A stretch of DNA of 62,649 nt, filler included, from Basidiobolus ranarum (Eukaryota): the NCBI GenBank assembly GCA_040143965.1. It is 17 parts of 17 records of this genome, joined end to end, with 100 filler letters (N's around TTAATTAATTAA, not from the genome) between each part and the next. Parts side by side here need not be neighbours in the genome. Positions count along the whole stretch, not along the records: positions 22,197 to 25,791 come from JASJQH010002395.1; positions 25,892 to 29,486 come from JASJQH010002396.1; positions 29,587 to 33,178 come from JASJQH010002397.1; positions 33,279 to 36,870 come from JASJQH010002398.1; 13 more parts are not named here. The stretch is one strand, 5' to 3'. Of the stretch, positions 22,982 to 35,900 are shown one piece after another; positions within the stretch are counted from its first letter, which is position 1; each line of letters opens with the position of its first letter. The translations under genes and the position numbers were made by a program. The notes beneath the pieces were generated by a model. The model worked only from the letters and a program-made list of their open reading frames with translations. It was not told the DNA's origin and ran no database searches.

Positions 22982-25246
22982 TGATCAAAGAATTTAGGGG
23001 GTATGGAAGTTTTTGGACAAGATATGGAATTGCAATTTAGACACTTAGGTTTTATTGAATTGAATATGTTCTATTTATAGCATACTTTAAAATAGGACTA
23101 TTGGATGTGCTCAAATCATAACAAGTATTCCTGATAAGCATGGGTGAAAATTTGAGGTGATTTGGCAAAGTTTTGAGAAAATAGTGGAAATTGGTAAAAG
23201 TGATTGGATTGATAATTCTATCCATTAGAGCAATAAACACACATTTTTGAATGACAGAATTGAGTGTTAAATAATGAGAATATGAATAAACTAACTACTA
23301 AATCATGAGTTGCTATTTACCTAATTTCAACATTCTCACTTTACTAATTCTCTTGTATTTCTCTTAAACCTAACTAATATCTTAATGGACTTGTTACAAT
23401 GTGCCAAGACTTATTGAACCTTGCATCACTATATTAGAGTTAATGTGATTGAAATTGATTATGCCAGAGGGTGATGGATAGTGCCAAATTGTGCCACGTA
23501 AATGTAAGAAAATATTTTTATGACCTAATGAGCACAATCTAGCACTATCACCAAGAACAAGTCCAATCATTCAAATTGTGCTTCAGCTAAAGGCTTGGTT
23601 AAGATGTCAGTGATCATTTCTTCAGTAGTACAATTGACAAGTTCAATTATATCATTCTCTATTACTCCTGTAACAAAATGATACCCAATATCTATATGTT
23701 TTGTTCTAGCATGAAATGTGGGCTTTTAGCTAATGAAATTCAACTTGCATTATCTTCAAAGTGAGGAATAGCACTTTTTTGTGTGTATTCTAAGTCTGCA
23801 AATAGCTTCCTTAAACACATAGCTTCTTCTGTAGTAGCAGAGGCAGCCAAATATTCTGTTTCTGTTGTGGAAAGTGGTGTGGTTGGTTGCTTCTTAATAT
23901 TTGAAGTTATGGCTCCATTACCATAGAGAAACATGTACCCAATTGTGGGCTTCTATCACCAAGGTTTCTTGCCCAATCTGCATCACTGTGGTCTTCTACA
24001 TATGGTGCATCAGGAGTGGCAGAGTACCTTAGAACCTGAACTACAGCTCCTCTCAAATACCTGAATATTTGTTTTACCACAGTCTTTTGCTTAGATCATG
24101 GATTTTTGAGATATTGGCTGACAGTTCCCACTGCCTCAGCAATGTTTGCACAAGTTCCTATTGTTGTTCACATTCAACTGCCCACTATGGACTGGTAAGG
24201 GAACTTCTGGCTTTGATATGAATCATTTTGAGCCAAATCAGATGAAATTTGATTAATTTCACATTGGGATCCATTGGTCCTAATACAGACTTGTATTTCT
24301 CCATGTTTGATTCAGCAGGATCCTTTGATTGGGCTTATATCTTTTGATTTAGTTTCCCAAAAATTAACTGAATTCATGCATATGAATCATCTAAAATTGG
24401 CTTGATAAGCTGCTTTTTATCTGATTAAGTGCTTCTAGATCATTTGTGGCTATGACCAAGTGATCCATAACATAGTGCTAAGATAAGTATCCTATTTCCA
24501 GTTGTGTTGATGTAAGTATTGTGATCTGCAGTGCATATTTGGAATTCCAGTGACTACAATTAGTATCTATCTTGTTGTACCATGCCCTGAGTGCTTGCTT
24601 GAGTCCATATAGCCTCTTTTGCCATTTACGGACCATATCAGGGTGTTTTGGGTCAACATATCCTTCTGGTTGCTCAGTATAGAACTCTTCTTCCAGATTT
24701 CCTTTCAGGAAGGTGTTTTTACATCCATTTGATGTAAGTCAAGGTTAGCAATGGCTGAGAGTGCCAGACTCAATCTAATGGAGCTAAACCTATCTACAGA
24801 AGCAAAAGGTTCATTGAAATCAACCCCTGGACTCTGGAACAGCCTGTTGCAACTAATCTTGCTTTCAACCATTCCGTAGTTCAATCAGCTGTTGTGTTTT
24901 CATCAAAAATCACATCTCTGCACTTGATTGAATACTAATTCTTTTATCAAGCCATATAGGCCTTAGATCCATCACAGTAACCAAAAAGAATGCATTTTCT
25001 GCTTTTAGGTTCTAATTTAGAGTGTTTTTGAGCTGGAATAAGTAAGTATGCTGTGTGACCAAAGATCCTGAGATGATCCACAGTTAGATTTGATCCATAT
25101 AGGGCTTCAGATGGAGTAAAATCTTATGGCAATCATGTTGGGCATCTGTAGTTGATATAGACTGTGAAGGAGACTGATTCAGCCCAATATTGGTAATCTA
25201 ACTTTTGATCATTTAACATTGATCTTGCCATCATCATTACAGTCTT
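22982..25246 (-). mobile_element. Degenerate Ty1/copia family B: IN remnant, RT, RNase H, 3' LTR (22982-23332)
   Basis: Colinear with 18501-18800 and 19760-21495; integrase lies upstream of RT. Confidence 0.9.
23387..23564. mobile_element. Complete 178-bp MITE, TIR GGACTTGTT, 3-bp TSD (AAT), PIF/Harbinger-like
   Basis: aat|GGACTTGTT...AACAAGTCC|aat interrupts the copia RNase H end; the empty site is visible near 21085. Confidence 0.88.
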
Positions 25247-25791
25247 GCCTGACGGAAATTTGAGGATTGTTATTGTAGGGAAACCATCACAATTTTAATC
25301 TATTTGGGATTGACCATTTACTTACCATCATAAAATCATCGAGTTAGATTTGATTTTAATCAGTTTTTTCAGTGTCAGGAGTGGAATTTCTAGATTTTGC
25401 AAAATAGTAGCACGCGATTGGCTACAATCTCAAAGAACTATGGATCCAGACATGTGCAAAAAACATAACTCAAATTTTACACCGTTACCGCTTGATTCCA
25501 CTACAATCTTCCAGAACATTCCACAAGATTCTTTGAATATTTGATGATTGATTGAGTTTTGACCAATCAAAACTTGATTTTGCCAGAATGTTGCATGACT
25601 TTCTGGATTATTCTACAACCTTCCGCAACATTCCATTGATTACTAATCTTATGATTTATGATGATATCGTAACCCCAGATCCCCACCAATAGAATTCTCT
25701 GGAACTTTCTGTAAATTCTCATTTGTAATTATTCTACCATTGGAAAAGTATAACAAGGAGCACTATCTTTTCAAATAAAAATCATCCTGAT
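25247..25791 (+). mobile_element. EnSpm left terminus (CCTGACGGAAA) followed by unrelated non-coding interior; probable non-autonomous derivative
   Basis: The first ~250 bp match the reverse complement of 51915-52168, then diverge into CTACAA(T/C)CTTCC..AACATTCCA repeats. Confidence 0.7.
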
Positions 25792-26763
25792 NNNNNNNNN
25801 NNNNNNNNNNNNNNNNNNNNNNNNNNNNNNNNNNNTTAATTAATTAANNNNNNNNNNNNNNNNNNNNNNNNNNNNNNNNNNNNNNNNNNNNATAAGATAT
25901 CCCTTTCTGCTTAAGGATTGATTTCCATATTTAAATATTATCGATTCCCTCGGATAAAGCATTCATAAACGCGAATACCTTCTGACGACTTAACTTTATT
26001 TCATAAATGCTATTTCTCTTGACAAACAGTAAATCCTAAATCGTGAGAAGGTACCTAGAATAAGGTCCGGTAGTTTCGCCACGTGAAATGAGGCCGTGAT
26101 TTAATCGCGGAATCAAGTAATCCGAATTTCCGCTAAACTATTTCTGTCGGTCCATTGAATAAAAATCGCCAAAGCTCTTATTTGGGATAATGAGCAGATT
26201 TTAGTATACAATTTTTATCCATTAACTGTTTCTATTGTAACGTCATCATGGTAATATTTTTTGGAGCGGGATTCGAACCCTCAGTCGTCCGAAAACATGT
26301 CAAACGAGCATTTCATTGCACTACTTAACCCTGATTTATATCTTACACTCAAATTTTACATCTACCAAGTTATGCTGTTATCTGATTTGATTCCAACTTG
26401 AATGGCTTGATCATTACGACTACAATGGATAGTAGATTATGCTCAAACTGGATCGTTGTTTGAGGAGGGTTGGCAGGTGATTGTCCATTATGACGTAAAG
26501 TTTATAATAATCCAACTAATGCTTAAATATTTATCCAACAAAATCCCAAACTTTAACAATGACGAATCAGTATCGGTATAGTATTCGGGTTCACGCAAAT
26601 CAATACTATTAATCCAATCTATGGTAAAATATATATCCATCAGACTTTACCAGAATTCCAAATTTTGGTAATCAATATTTGTTCAAATCATAATGATTGG
26701 ATCACAATTAACGGTAAGTTATCTTTAATATTAAATTTACATTAGTGGATTCAAGAGTTCCTT

Positions 26764-27222
26764 TTAAATAGTTCTAGTAAACAAACAGAGTTCAATATCC
26801 ATATCTATCTCTGCTTGATCCCAACTGACCCACTCTGGAATAGACATTTCAACTCGGGATCCAGTGGTCAAAATATGATCAAAGGCATCTTCAGTATCAT
26901 AATCTTCCACTTCCCAATCGGATATGAGCATGTTTAGCGAGTCAAAGAGGGCGTCCTGCGCGTGGCTTAGCTCTAATATAACCCGAGTTAATGCATATTC
27001 TAGAGCTTAAACCTACTTTGAATTTCATTACTTACCTTCAATCTTGTGAAGAAACCCTGAGTCTAGAATATCCCGTGTGAGCATTAGTATGCCGTCGAAC
27101 TGACTGGCATCCTTCAAGTTACGGTAGTCTATGGACATTGTGGAGTAAATCATTCTTGATACTTGCTTTATGAGCTTTAAGCTTACTGTGGGTTGACGTC
27201 TGATACTACGAGAGTGCTTCAT
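26764..27222 (-). CDS. Hypothetical 131-aa protein, 2 exons (27222-27036, 26972-26764), tandem copy 1
   Basis: A 63-nt GTAAGT...TTAAC...TAG intron joins MKHSRS..HKIE to ELSHAQDALFDSL..CLFTRTI*; structure conserved in copy 2. Confidence 0.8.
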
Positions 27223-28399
27223 AATAGTGGTGAGTTGTTGAAGGATATGAGAAGTCTACTGGTATTTATCCATATTCATGAAGGTAGTGATTTATCTGTC
27301 TTCGCCGTATCCCTCGACCAGTTTGTCATATATTTGGAACTGGAGGTGTGAGAGAGAAACGTAAAGAGTGACACACTTAGTTGATCTGGGTAGTTCATAA
27401 GATAGTGATCGTTAAGTGAGTTGGTTTGGGTAACCCAGAGGGTAGCGGTCCCTAAGTGCGTTGATTTCAGGGTCGATACACAAAACCTCCGACAAATATG
27501 TCTCTCACTCAAACATCTTTACATTGTAATCCACCTTACTTATGGGAGCATTCCTAAATCGTAGCACCGTATTTGATACTAACTGTGATTAAGTGTACTT
27601 TTACTTTTGGTTGTCACATATAGTCAGTATAGGAAGTTCTACTAGCTGAAAGCATCTTCTATTGTAGCTGATCTTACTGTTACTTAATCAAGTAATCCTA
27701 ATTGTAATACCTAATTTCATACCAATCAGTGATTAGTGATCCTTTTACATTCAAGCAGTCACAAATAGTTGAAGCCCTGAGGATTTAAATATTACAAACC
27801 AGCAACAACGTTTATATACTTTACAAAGTAAATTCAAATTTACAGTACTTTCAAAGGTATTTCCGTTGTTTTGGGTTCATTTGATGAAGTTTAAGATATC
27901 GATTGTTGGATGTTTTAGGAGTTAACCCAGGGTAATTGGACGTTTGGTGCCGCGTACAGTAGTTGAAGAGTATTCAAAGATACTTCCCAAGCCTGATGTA
28001 TCCTAACCACATCTAAATGGTAATCTTATATGGAGTTTGTAATGTATGAAGTTTGAGTATTCAAACCATTGTCAAGCCAGTTTTCCAAAAGTATATCTGA
28101 TTGAGTGACACTAAGAATTATCTGATTTGATTTCCTATTCCACATATGGTTCCTTTACAATGACTTGCCCATAAGGGTTGGTAGATTGTACTCAAGTCGA
28201 TAGTTGCGTGACGAGCGTGGGCAGATGATAATCCATTGTGACATGAAACCTACATAATCTAATCAATGCTTAAATATTTATCCCATAAAAACCCTTTTTT
28301 GACCGAGTTCATTGGATTACGATTAATGACAGTAAGGCATCTTGAACGTTTATTATATTTACAGTAGTAAGCTCGAGAGTTAATGGTCAAGAGTGGCAT

Positions 28400-28859
28400 T
28401 TACATATTTCTAGTAAATAAAGTGAGTTCAATCTCCATATCTATCTCTGCTTGATCCCAACTAACCCACTCTGGAATAGACATTTTCACTCGGGACCCAG
28501 TGGTCAAAATATGATCAAAGACATCTTCAGCATCATAATCTTCCACTTCCCAATCAGATATGAGCAAGTTTAACGAGTCAAAGAAAGCGTCTTGTGCATA
28601 ACTTAATTCTAATATAACTTGTATTAATTCATATTCCGGAGAATTAAACTTGCTTTAAATTTCATCACTTACCGTCAATCTTGTGGAGAAGTCCCGAATC
28701 TAGAACATCCCGTGTGAGCATTAATATGCCGTCGAACCGATTGGCATCCTCCAAGTTACGGTAGTCTATGGACAAAGTGGAGTAAAGCATTCTTGATACT
28801 TGCTTTATGAGTTGTAAGCTTACTGTGGGCTGACGTCTGATGCTACGGGAGTTCTTCAT
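28400..28859 (-). CDS. Hypothetical 131-aa protein, 2 exons (28859-28673, 28608-28400), tandem copy 2
   Basis: 64-nt intron at the same position; identical exon lengths (187+209 nt); many synonymous differences from copy 1. Confidence 0.8.
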
Positions 28860-29586
28860 TTTAGTAATGACTTATTGATGTATATGAGGAGTCGGCTAGT
28901 ATTTATCTGTACCCATTGAGGTAGTGATTTATCCGTCTTCGCAGTATTCCTTAACCGGTTTGTCATATCTCTAGAACCTGAAGTGTGAAAGAGAAACGTA
29001 GAGGACGACGCAGTTGGTTAGTCTGGACCACCCAGAGGGTCGTAATCCCTAGGTGAGTTGATTTCAGGGTCAATACACAATACCTCTTACAAACAGATGT
29101 CTCTCACCCACACATCTGTACATTGTAATCCCACTTACTGTTACTTATGAGAATGATCCCGAATTGTAACTCATGACTTGATATGAAATGGCGATTAGAC
29201 GTATTTCTAATCTTATTTACTACGAATTGTTGGCACAATAGAAGCTCCTTTACTTAATTTACGTGAAGTCAGGTTAAAAACGACTCAGAATTTAGAGCAC
29301 CGTATTCCCTGCAAAATATATACTTATTTCTGTGGCAACAGATATATCAGACCTACAAATTAACTTGTTTTTGACACTTTTCTGTGTAACAAACAGTGCT
29401 ATCTACCAATAAATTAATCAATCAACTTCAGTTTAATATTCCTGCTTCCTATTCTCCGAAGCCTGCATTGCATCCACTCAGGAGAGNNNNNNNNNNNNNN
29501 NNNNNNNNNNNNNNNNNNNNNNNNNNNNNNTTAATTAATTAANNNNNNNNNNNNNNNNNNNNNNNNNNNNNNNNNNNNNNNNNNNN

Positions 29587-30404
29587 GATGCAAATTGGGG
29601 AAGAGATATTGAAGACAGGAGATCTACAACTGGATACTTGTTTCTTTGCTGTAATGGAGCTATTTCTTGGAATTCAAAGAAACAACCTACCATAGCATTT
29701 TCAACAACAGAAGCTGAATAAATGGCTGCCTGTGAAGCAACAAAAGAAGCAATATGGTTAAGAAAACTCTTAATAGATTTGAGTTATTCTCAAAATTCAC
29801 CAACTATGATATTTCAAGATAATCAAAGTTGTATCAAATTAGCTAGAAATCCCATATTTTTTAAAAGAAGCAAATATATAGATATTAAGAATCACTTCAT
29901 TAGAAAGACTATAGAGAATAAGTTTATTGACTTAACTTATTGTTCTACAGAAGACATGATTGCTGATATACTAACCAAACCATTAGCAAGACAGAAATTT
30001 GAGAAATTTAGACCTTTATTAGGATTAGTTTCTATGACTATGTAGTTGAGGGAGAGTGTTGAAATTAGCATTGCCTAAACACTTATATAGTCATTTATAG
30101 CTTAGTACTTAGTTATCTTTTAATTCGCTAAGATATTATCAATTATTCTAAATTGGAATTTACTTAGAATATTTTTACCAACTTAGAAGTTCTCAGATAT
30201 ATAGATTTATCAAACTTGTGCTAGAAGCCCCAAACATTGCACACATGTTCCTGGGACCTTCCTTAACATATTCTACATGTTAGTTTGTTTACATCTTGAC
30301 AAAACTATAAATGTCAACTTTCTACTCAATGAATCAATAAGTGAAAACCCCCAATTCCTCTAATTCTCCAAACCGCTTCCAATAGGCTCCCAAATACTTT
30401 AACA
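29587..30404 (+). mobile_element. Ty1/copia family A RNase H, PPT and 3' LTR (30057-30404)
   Basis: EDRRSTTGY, WNSKKQ, EAIWLRKLL, DMIADILTKPL; AGTTGAGGGAGAG|TGTTGAAA...TTTAACA. Confidence 0.92.
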
Positions 30405-32178
30405 AAATGCACAAATTTTATCTCACAATGTCAAGGCAGAATCTGCTGCTACAGCTATATATCTAAAGAATAGGAGTTTACTAGAAGTCAGTCTAACTCT
30501 ACACCATATCAAGCTTGGTTTGGAGTTAAACCTGATGTAAAACATTTGATGATATTTGGATACATTGCTTATGTCAAAGTTATTACCATCAATTGATCTA
30601 AATTTGATCCAAAAGCAAGAAATGCATATTTCTGGGTTATTGTACTTAAACTAAGGCCAACAGACTCTATGATGCCAAAATTTCAAAGTAAATCAAGTCC
30701 AGGGATGTTTTGTTTGATGTAAATGAGTAGTTTTTAACCAAAATGATCTGAGATGAAGACAATAATGAATTTTCTACTGATCCAATCATCTAGATTGATT
30801 CAAACTAAAACAATAAAGAAAATGGCATTCTTGTGAACCCTTCAACCAATATTCTGGCTACAGAAGTGCCTAATACTGTGCCAGAAGATGTAGTATCTTT
30901 GTCTTGAACCAGGAGTACAAATCATATCAGAAATAACCCTGATTACTATATCTATGAGTCTCATAATTGGACCTATGCCTGCACAGCTCAAATGTATAAA
31001 TCCCAGGCTGTAAAAGAGGCTCTGAATAGCTTGCACACAAGATCTTGGAGATCTGCAATGGCTGAAGAATATCAGGCTTGATTGATAACCTAATCTGGTT
31101 TTTAAACAACATACCAGAAGATAGAAAGTTAATTGGCTGCCAATGGGTATATAAAGGTAAATACAACTCTGATGGTAATATAGAAAGGTACCAAGCTAGA
31201 CTAGTAGTCAAAGACAATTCTCAAATACCAGGAATAGATTATACAGAAACTTTTGCTCCTATGGCAAAGTTTAATTCAATTAGATTGCTTTTAGCAAATT
31301 CAGCAGAATACCAGTTAATTATATATTGAATAAATATCAAAATTGCTTTTTTGAATGATGAGCTTGCTGAGGAGATCTATATGGACTAGCTAGATGGATT
31401 TATGGACCCAGAAAACCCAAACAAAGTTTGCAAACTCTGGAAAACACTCTATGGTTTAAAACAATCTCTAAGAGCTTGGGATAGCAAGATAGATGCCTTT
31501 TATCCTAACCAATAACTTAAAGACTTTGTGGAAAACTAAATGAAGCAATATGATTAAGACAACTCTTAACAGATTTAGGTTATTCTCAAAATTCACCTAC
31601 TACAACATTTCAAGATAATCCAAGGTGTATCAAATTAGCTAGAAATCCTATGTTTCATACTAGAAGCATTCATATAGATATTAGACATTGTTTTATTAGA
31701 GAAACCTTAGAGAATAAGTTTATTGACTTAACTTATTGTTCTACAGAAAACATGATTGCTGATATATCAATCAAACTATCAGATAGGCAAAAATTTGGCA
31801 AATTTAGACCTTCCTTGAGATTAGTTTATGACAAAGTAGTTGAGGGAGAGTGTTGAAATTAGCATTACCTAAGCACCTATTTAGTCATATATAGCTAGTA
31901 CTTAGTTATCCTATATTTCACTAAGATATTACCCATTTTTCTCATAAGGAATTCACTTTGAAGTTCTCAGATATATAGATTTTGATAACTTGTGATAGAA
32001 GCACCAAACTTTGCGCACATGTTCCTAAGACCTTCCTTAACACATTCTACACATTAATTTGTTTACATCTTGGCCAGACTATAAATGTCAACTTTCTACT
32101 CAATAAAGCAATAAGTGAAAACCATCAATTTCTCTAATTCTCCAAACCACTTCCAACAGGCTCCCAAATACTTTAACA
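30405..32178 (+). mobile_element. Ty1/copia family A deleted copy: IN remnant, RT start, RNase H end, PPT, 3' LTR (31851-32178)
   Basis: IGCQWVYK..ERYQARLVVK..GIDYTETFAP; LYGLKQS; HIDIRHCFIRE; same PPT-LTR junction. Confidence 0.9.
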
Positions 32179-33279
32179 TTAACAACTTTAACCAATGTTG
32201 GAATTCACAGCTCTTAAAAGGCAAAATCAGATTGACTTTGACAATAAAATCCTAAATATCACAATAGATCATGTGTTAATAGTGACTGAAAAGAGATTCT
32301 TCCGCAACGAGTGCTGATATTGGTGTACTTATATAAGTGTACTTTTACGCGAAGTAATATAAATCCAAGATATGGGAGTGTTATTGGGGGAGTGGATTAA
32401 ACTACATTTCAATAGAAAAGATTCCCATGAAAGTATCGAGAATAATAGGGGCGATAAGTAGTGATTGTGTTACATGTACAACAAATACAGATATTGAATG
32501 AATTTTAGTAGAGGTAATGATGAAAATGAATCATACTTACGGATTCATCTACAGCCTGTAAGAACGATATTAATATGGGGAGAGAGATATCCAACGAAAT
32601 AAATTTCATTCCAAATTAGATTTGGACCCAACCCAATGTTAACATCAGTACTTCATTTTTGTTATTGTGCGTGGGGTCGAGTCAATCTAGAGAATTGCCA
32701 TGATTTTTGCTTCCTTTTTCCCAATCATTTTGATTGCTTATCTCCTGGGCTTATTTGGATGAATAATGCAATTCCTTGAAATGGAAATCTAAAAACTGAG
32801 TGGATCAGGACGAGGTACCAATGTTGGATTTAATAATGAACTGATTTGTGCATGGAATGAAGCTATCAAAATCAACGGTAATCTGAATTTATGGATTGGT
32901 CGAAAAGTGAAGCGAGAAGTAATATGTGAGAACACGTGGCGGGGTGGGGTGGATGATTTTTGTATATGTGATGAGAGCGGAAGGGGTGAGTGAAATACAT
33001 ACGGGTGTTTAGAGAATCAGATGACTTGGTGTGTGTCGATATGAATTTGGTCGGATGATATACATGAGGAGGATGATCGGGTAAATATCCCATCGGGGCT
33101 GATTTGGTGACTATTCAGTGGTCGCTCTTACTTGGGAAAATAAGTTGCGGGCGTGACGAGTAAATTTAACGGATCTTTNNNNNNNNNNNNNNNNNNNNNN
33201 NNNNNNNNNNNNNNNNNNNNNNTTAATTAATTAANNNNNNNNNNNNNNNNNNNNNNNNNNNNNNNNNNNNNNNNNNNNG

Positions 33280-33999
33280 AATAATAAACGTAGAAATTCC
33301 ATCCACGAAAATGATCGTACTATTTCTGTATTTGTCTTGGGTAATCAGTCACTCTTCGAGGATTTGTTCAAAGATTTAGAAGCAGATGAGGTAGACTGTT
33401 GCAAAATGTCCGAAATCGCTGACCCTGGTGATATAGCAGATATTATCAATGAATTCCTGGATACGGAAAGTAGCGAAGGAACCCTGGAAAAAGAGGATGC
33501 GGATTCAGATTATACTCCATCTAGTAGTAGACGTTCTAGCATTTCCTCATTTGGCCCAGAGGAAGTCACGAATTCTTGCCTAGTAAAAGATAGAACTTGT
33601 GATGGCAACATCAGATGTTCAACCTCTAAAAAGCAAATTAAGAACTCTCCTCGTAGAACGTCCAGAAAAAAAAGTATTGTTGAAAATGTCGACATCAAAG
33701 AGCCAGAGGAAGGTGATCACGATAAGACTGTTACTGTATATTCCTGTGATTTCCCTTCTTGCGGAAAGACCTTTACTCGCCTGTATAATCTCAAATCTCA
33801 TTATCGCACTCACACCGATGATCGACCTTTTGCTTGTGACAAATGTGACCAAACGTTCAGTCGTAATCATGATTTGAAGCGTCACTATAAGATTCATTCC
33901 GGTGTCAAACCATTCAATTGTGAGCACTGTGGTAAAAAGTTCTCTAGAATGGACGCGTTGGGCCGGCACCGCGCAAAAAGGCCACAATGCCGTGAATAG
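33280..33999 (+). CDS. C2H2 zinc-finger transcription factor, Crz1-like finger array (5' truncated)
   Basis: Three fingers: [73 protein letters not shown]. The frame is open back to the contig edge. Confidence 0.9.
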   Translation, partial: [239 protein letters not shown]

Positions 34000-34959
34000 A
34001 AAATCATATATCGAACCCTTTCATCTCATGTTTCTATTTTGTTGAATAGCACATCTAATGCACTGTATTTCATCCACTTTCTGCACTGACTACCATTACT
34101 CACATCTTGTTTATTACTTTAAATTCACTGTTCTCCTATGTGTTATAATTGCAAATACTTCCGCCAACGCTATCTTGAACTCGAACCTCTTCATTATACC
34201 TGTCCAAAATATCGACCTCTATTTCATCAGCACCCCTTATCTCGCCTCATTTTTACATTGAAGTTAAATGAAAAGACTGATATATGTACTTCCCGTTACT
34301 TATTTGATTCCCACCAAAATTGATCCTATCCTTGTCCTGAATAAATCAAAAAAGATCCAATGCACATCGGGATTCCACGCAATTAGTTTAAGTATGGCGA
34401 AAATGAACTAAAGTAGGGATCCACTTGTTACTTCTCGCCAGGTGTCTCAACGGGGCTAAGCAGTTCGTATCTGAATTGGCGCTTGAAACCTCAGACTTGA
34501 TTCCAGCACAGGTACTATTTCCAGTGAGTGATTCGTCTCATTGCCAGAACTGTGCGCTTTGAGAACCCTCCATTATGAATATGAAGAAGGATTTGGTTGT
34601 GTTGTGTTGTGTTGTGAAAGGGCAGTCAAGAAATTATCATGATCTAACTATAGTAAATCCAGTATTAAGAGTCCTTTGCGCTCTTGGATCATCAAAATAA
34701 AAAAAGCAGTACTCACAATGTTGGGTAGATATTGAGCCACGGATGCAGGTAGATGAAACCCAATCCTAGATACTGATAACCAGCACTCTGAAACTATGAG
34801 CAATCGTGGAATAAAAATCCCATTGGATTGGAGGAGATGCTAAGCGAATTAGCAATAAGATTCGTAGCTGACAACAGTCACTAGTTGAAGGCGTCGGTCG
34901 TTTTTCACTGACTTTGATGACAACCCAAAGTGTAGATAAACCCAACAGCTCTTTTGCCA

Positions 34960-35900
34960 TCCATTCACTCAACCCCAATACTCTCGCCCGGAACGATCAC
35001 GAGTGCCTGTTGTGGGCTAGATTGAGTGATCGGCATCTTTAATTTCATCAGAAAGACCACCGATTTTCTCTTGCTTCCAAACATGTGCGCTGTCAATACC
35101 ACACGGATACTAAGCCATATAAATGCAACCATAGGTGAATGTGCTAATAATATCACAGATTAGGCACCCCTTTCGACTGGCCCCAAAACGTTATTCGTGA
35201 ATCCTCCACGAACCAGTAGGTAAGTATCCATCGCACTACCTTGAATTTAGGCCACTGTAACCGTTTCAAAGTGTGTTCTACTAGAAGTGTATGGTGTGAC
35301 ACTCAGGACTAACTGGTACTCCATGAGTAGAAATGGCTTATCTATATAATCTCCCAACATTTAGCACATGAGAAAACTAATATAAACGGCCTCAATACTG
35401 GTTAGGATAACTTGATGCAGTGAGAATGCTCTGTGTATGGAGGATCCAAGTTAATGGATCCGAGATAGTCCAGATTCCACCGCATAAAATGCTTAGCCAA
35501 CTGTGCACCATTCTACCAGTTCATTGCAACTTCTTGATTATCCTCCTTCGTATGGTCAACTTGGATCATGCCAATACTTTAGATTGACATGAGTACCGTA
35601 TCTCGCCATAGTTTGTGCATTGTGGAGATCGTATCCTGCATTTCAAATATATCAGAATAGATTCAAAGCATTCGTATGGTCCTGGGCTTTAAGCAATGCC
35701 ACACCACTCACAATTACGTATCTTTCTTACACTAGTTCTTCGGAGATGTACCAGCGATGCTAGTTCTTTCCGTTCAATACCCAATCCCACTATAAAATGC
35801 TTCAGTATAATCAAGGCTGTCCATTCTGTATATATTACGTATTTCCAAGACCAATGCGATAAAGTATATTGGGCAGAGTGCTCGGCATCCAGAAAGGGGA
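34960..35900 (-). pseudogene. Possible heavily decayed Sel1-like repeat gene
   Basis: Scattered peptides in different frames (DAEHSAQYTL, GLGIERK, QDHTNALNLF, NQEVAMNW*, SIGVE) resemble Sel1 repeats; no continuous frame. Confidence 0.3.

Noticed and set aside
26262-26292. B-box/T-arm GGGTTCGAATCCC on the minus strand, tRNA- or tmRNA-end-like
   Set aside because: No acceptor stem, D-arm or anticodon arm can be formed.
7580-32178. Frequent TAG/TGA at Trp codons in TEs as an alternative genetic code
   Set aside because: Accompanied by frameshifts and variable between copies; intact genes use TGG and standard stops.
34597-34617. (TTGTG)n short microsatellite
   Set aside because: About four units; unremarkable.
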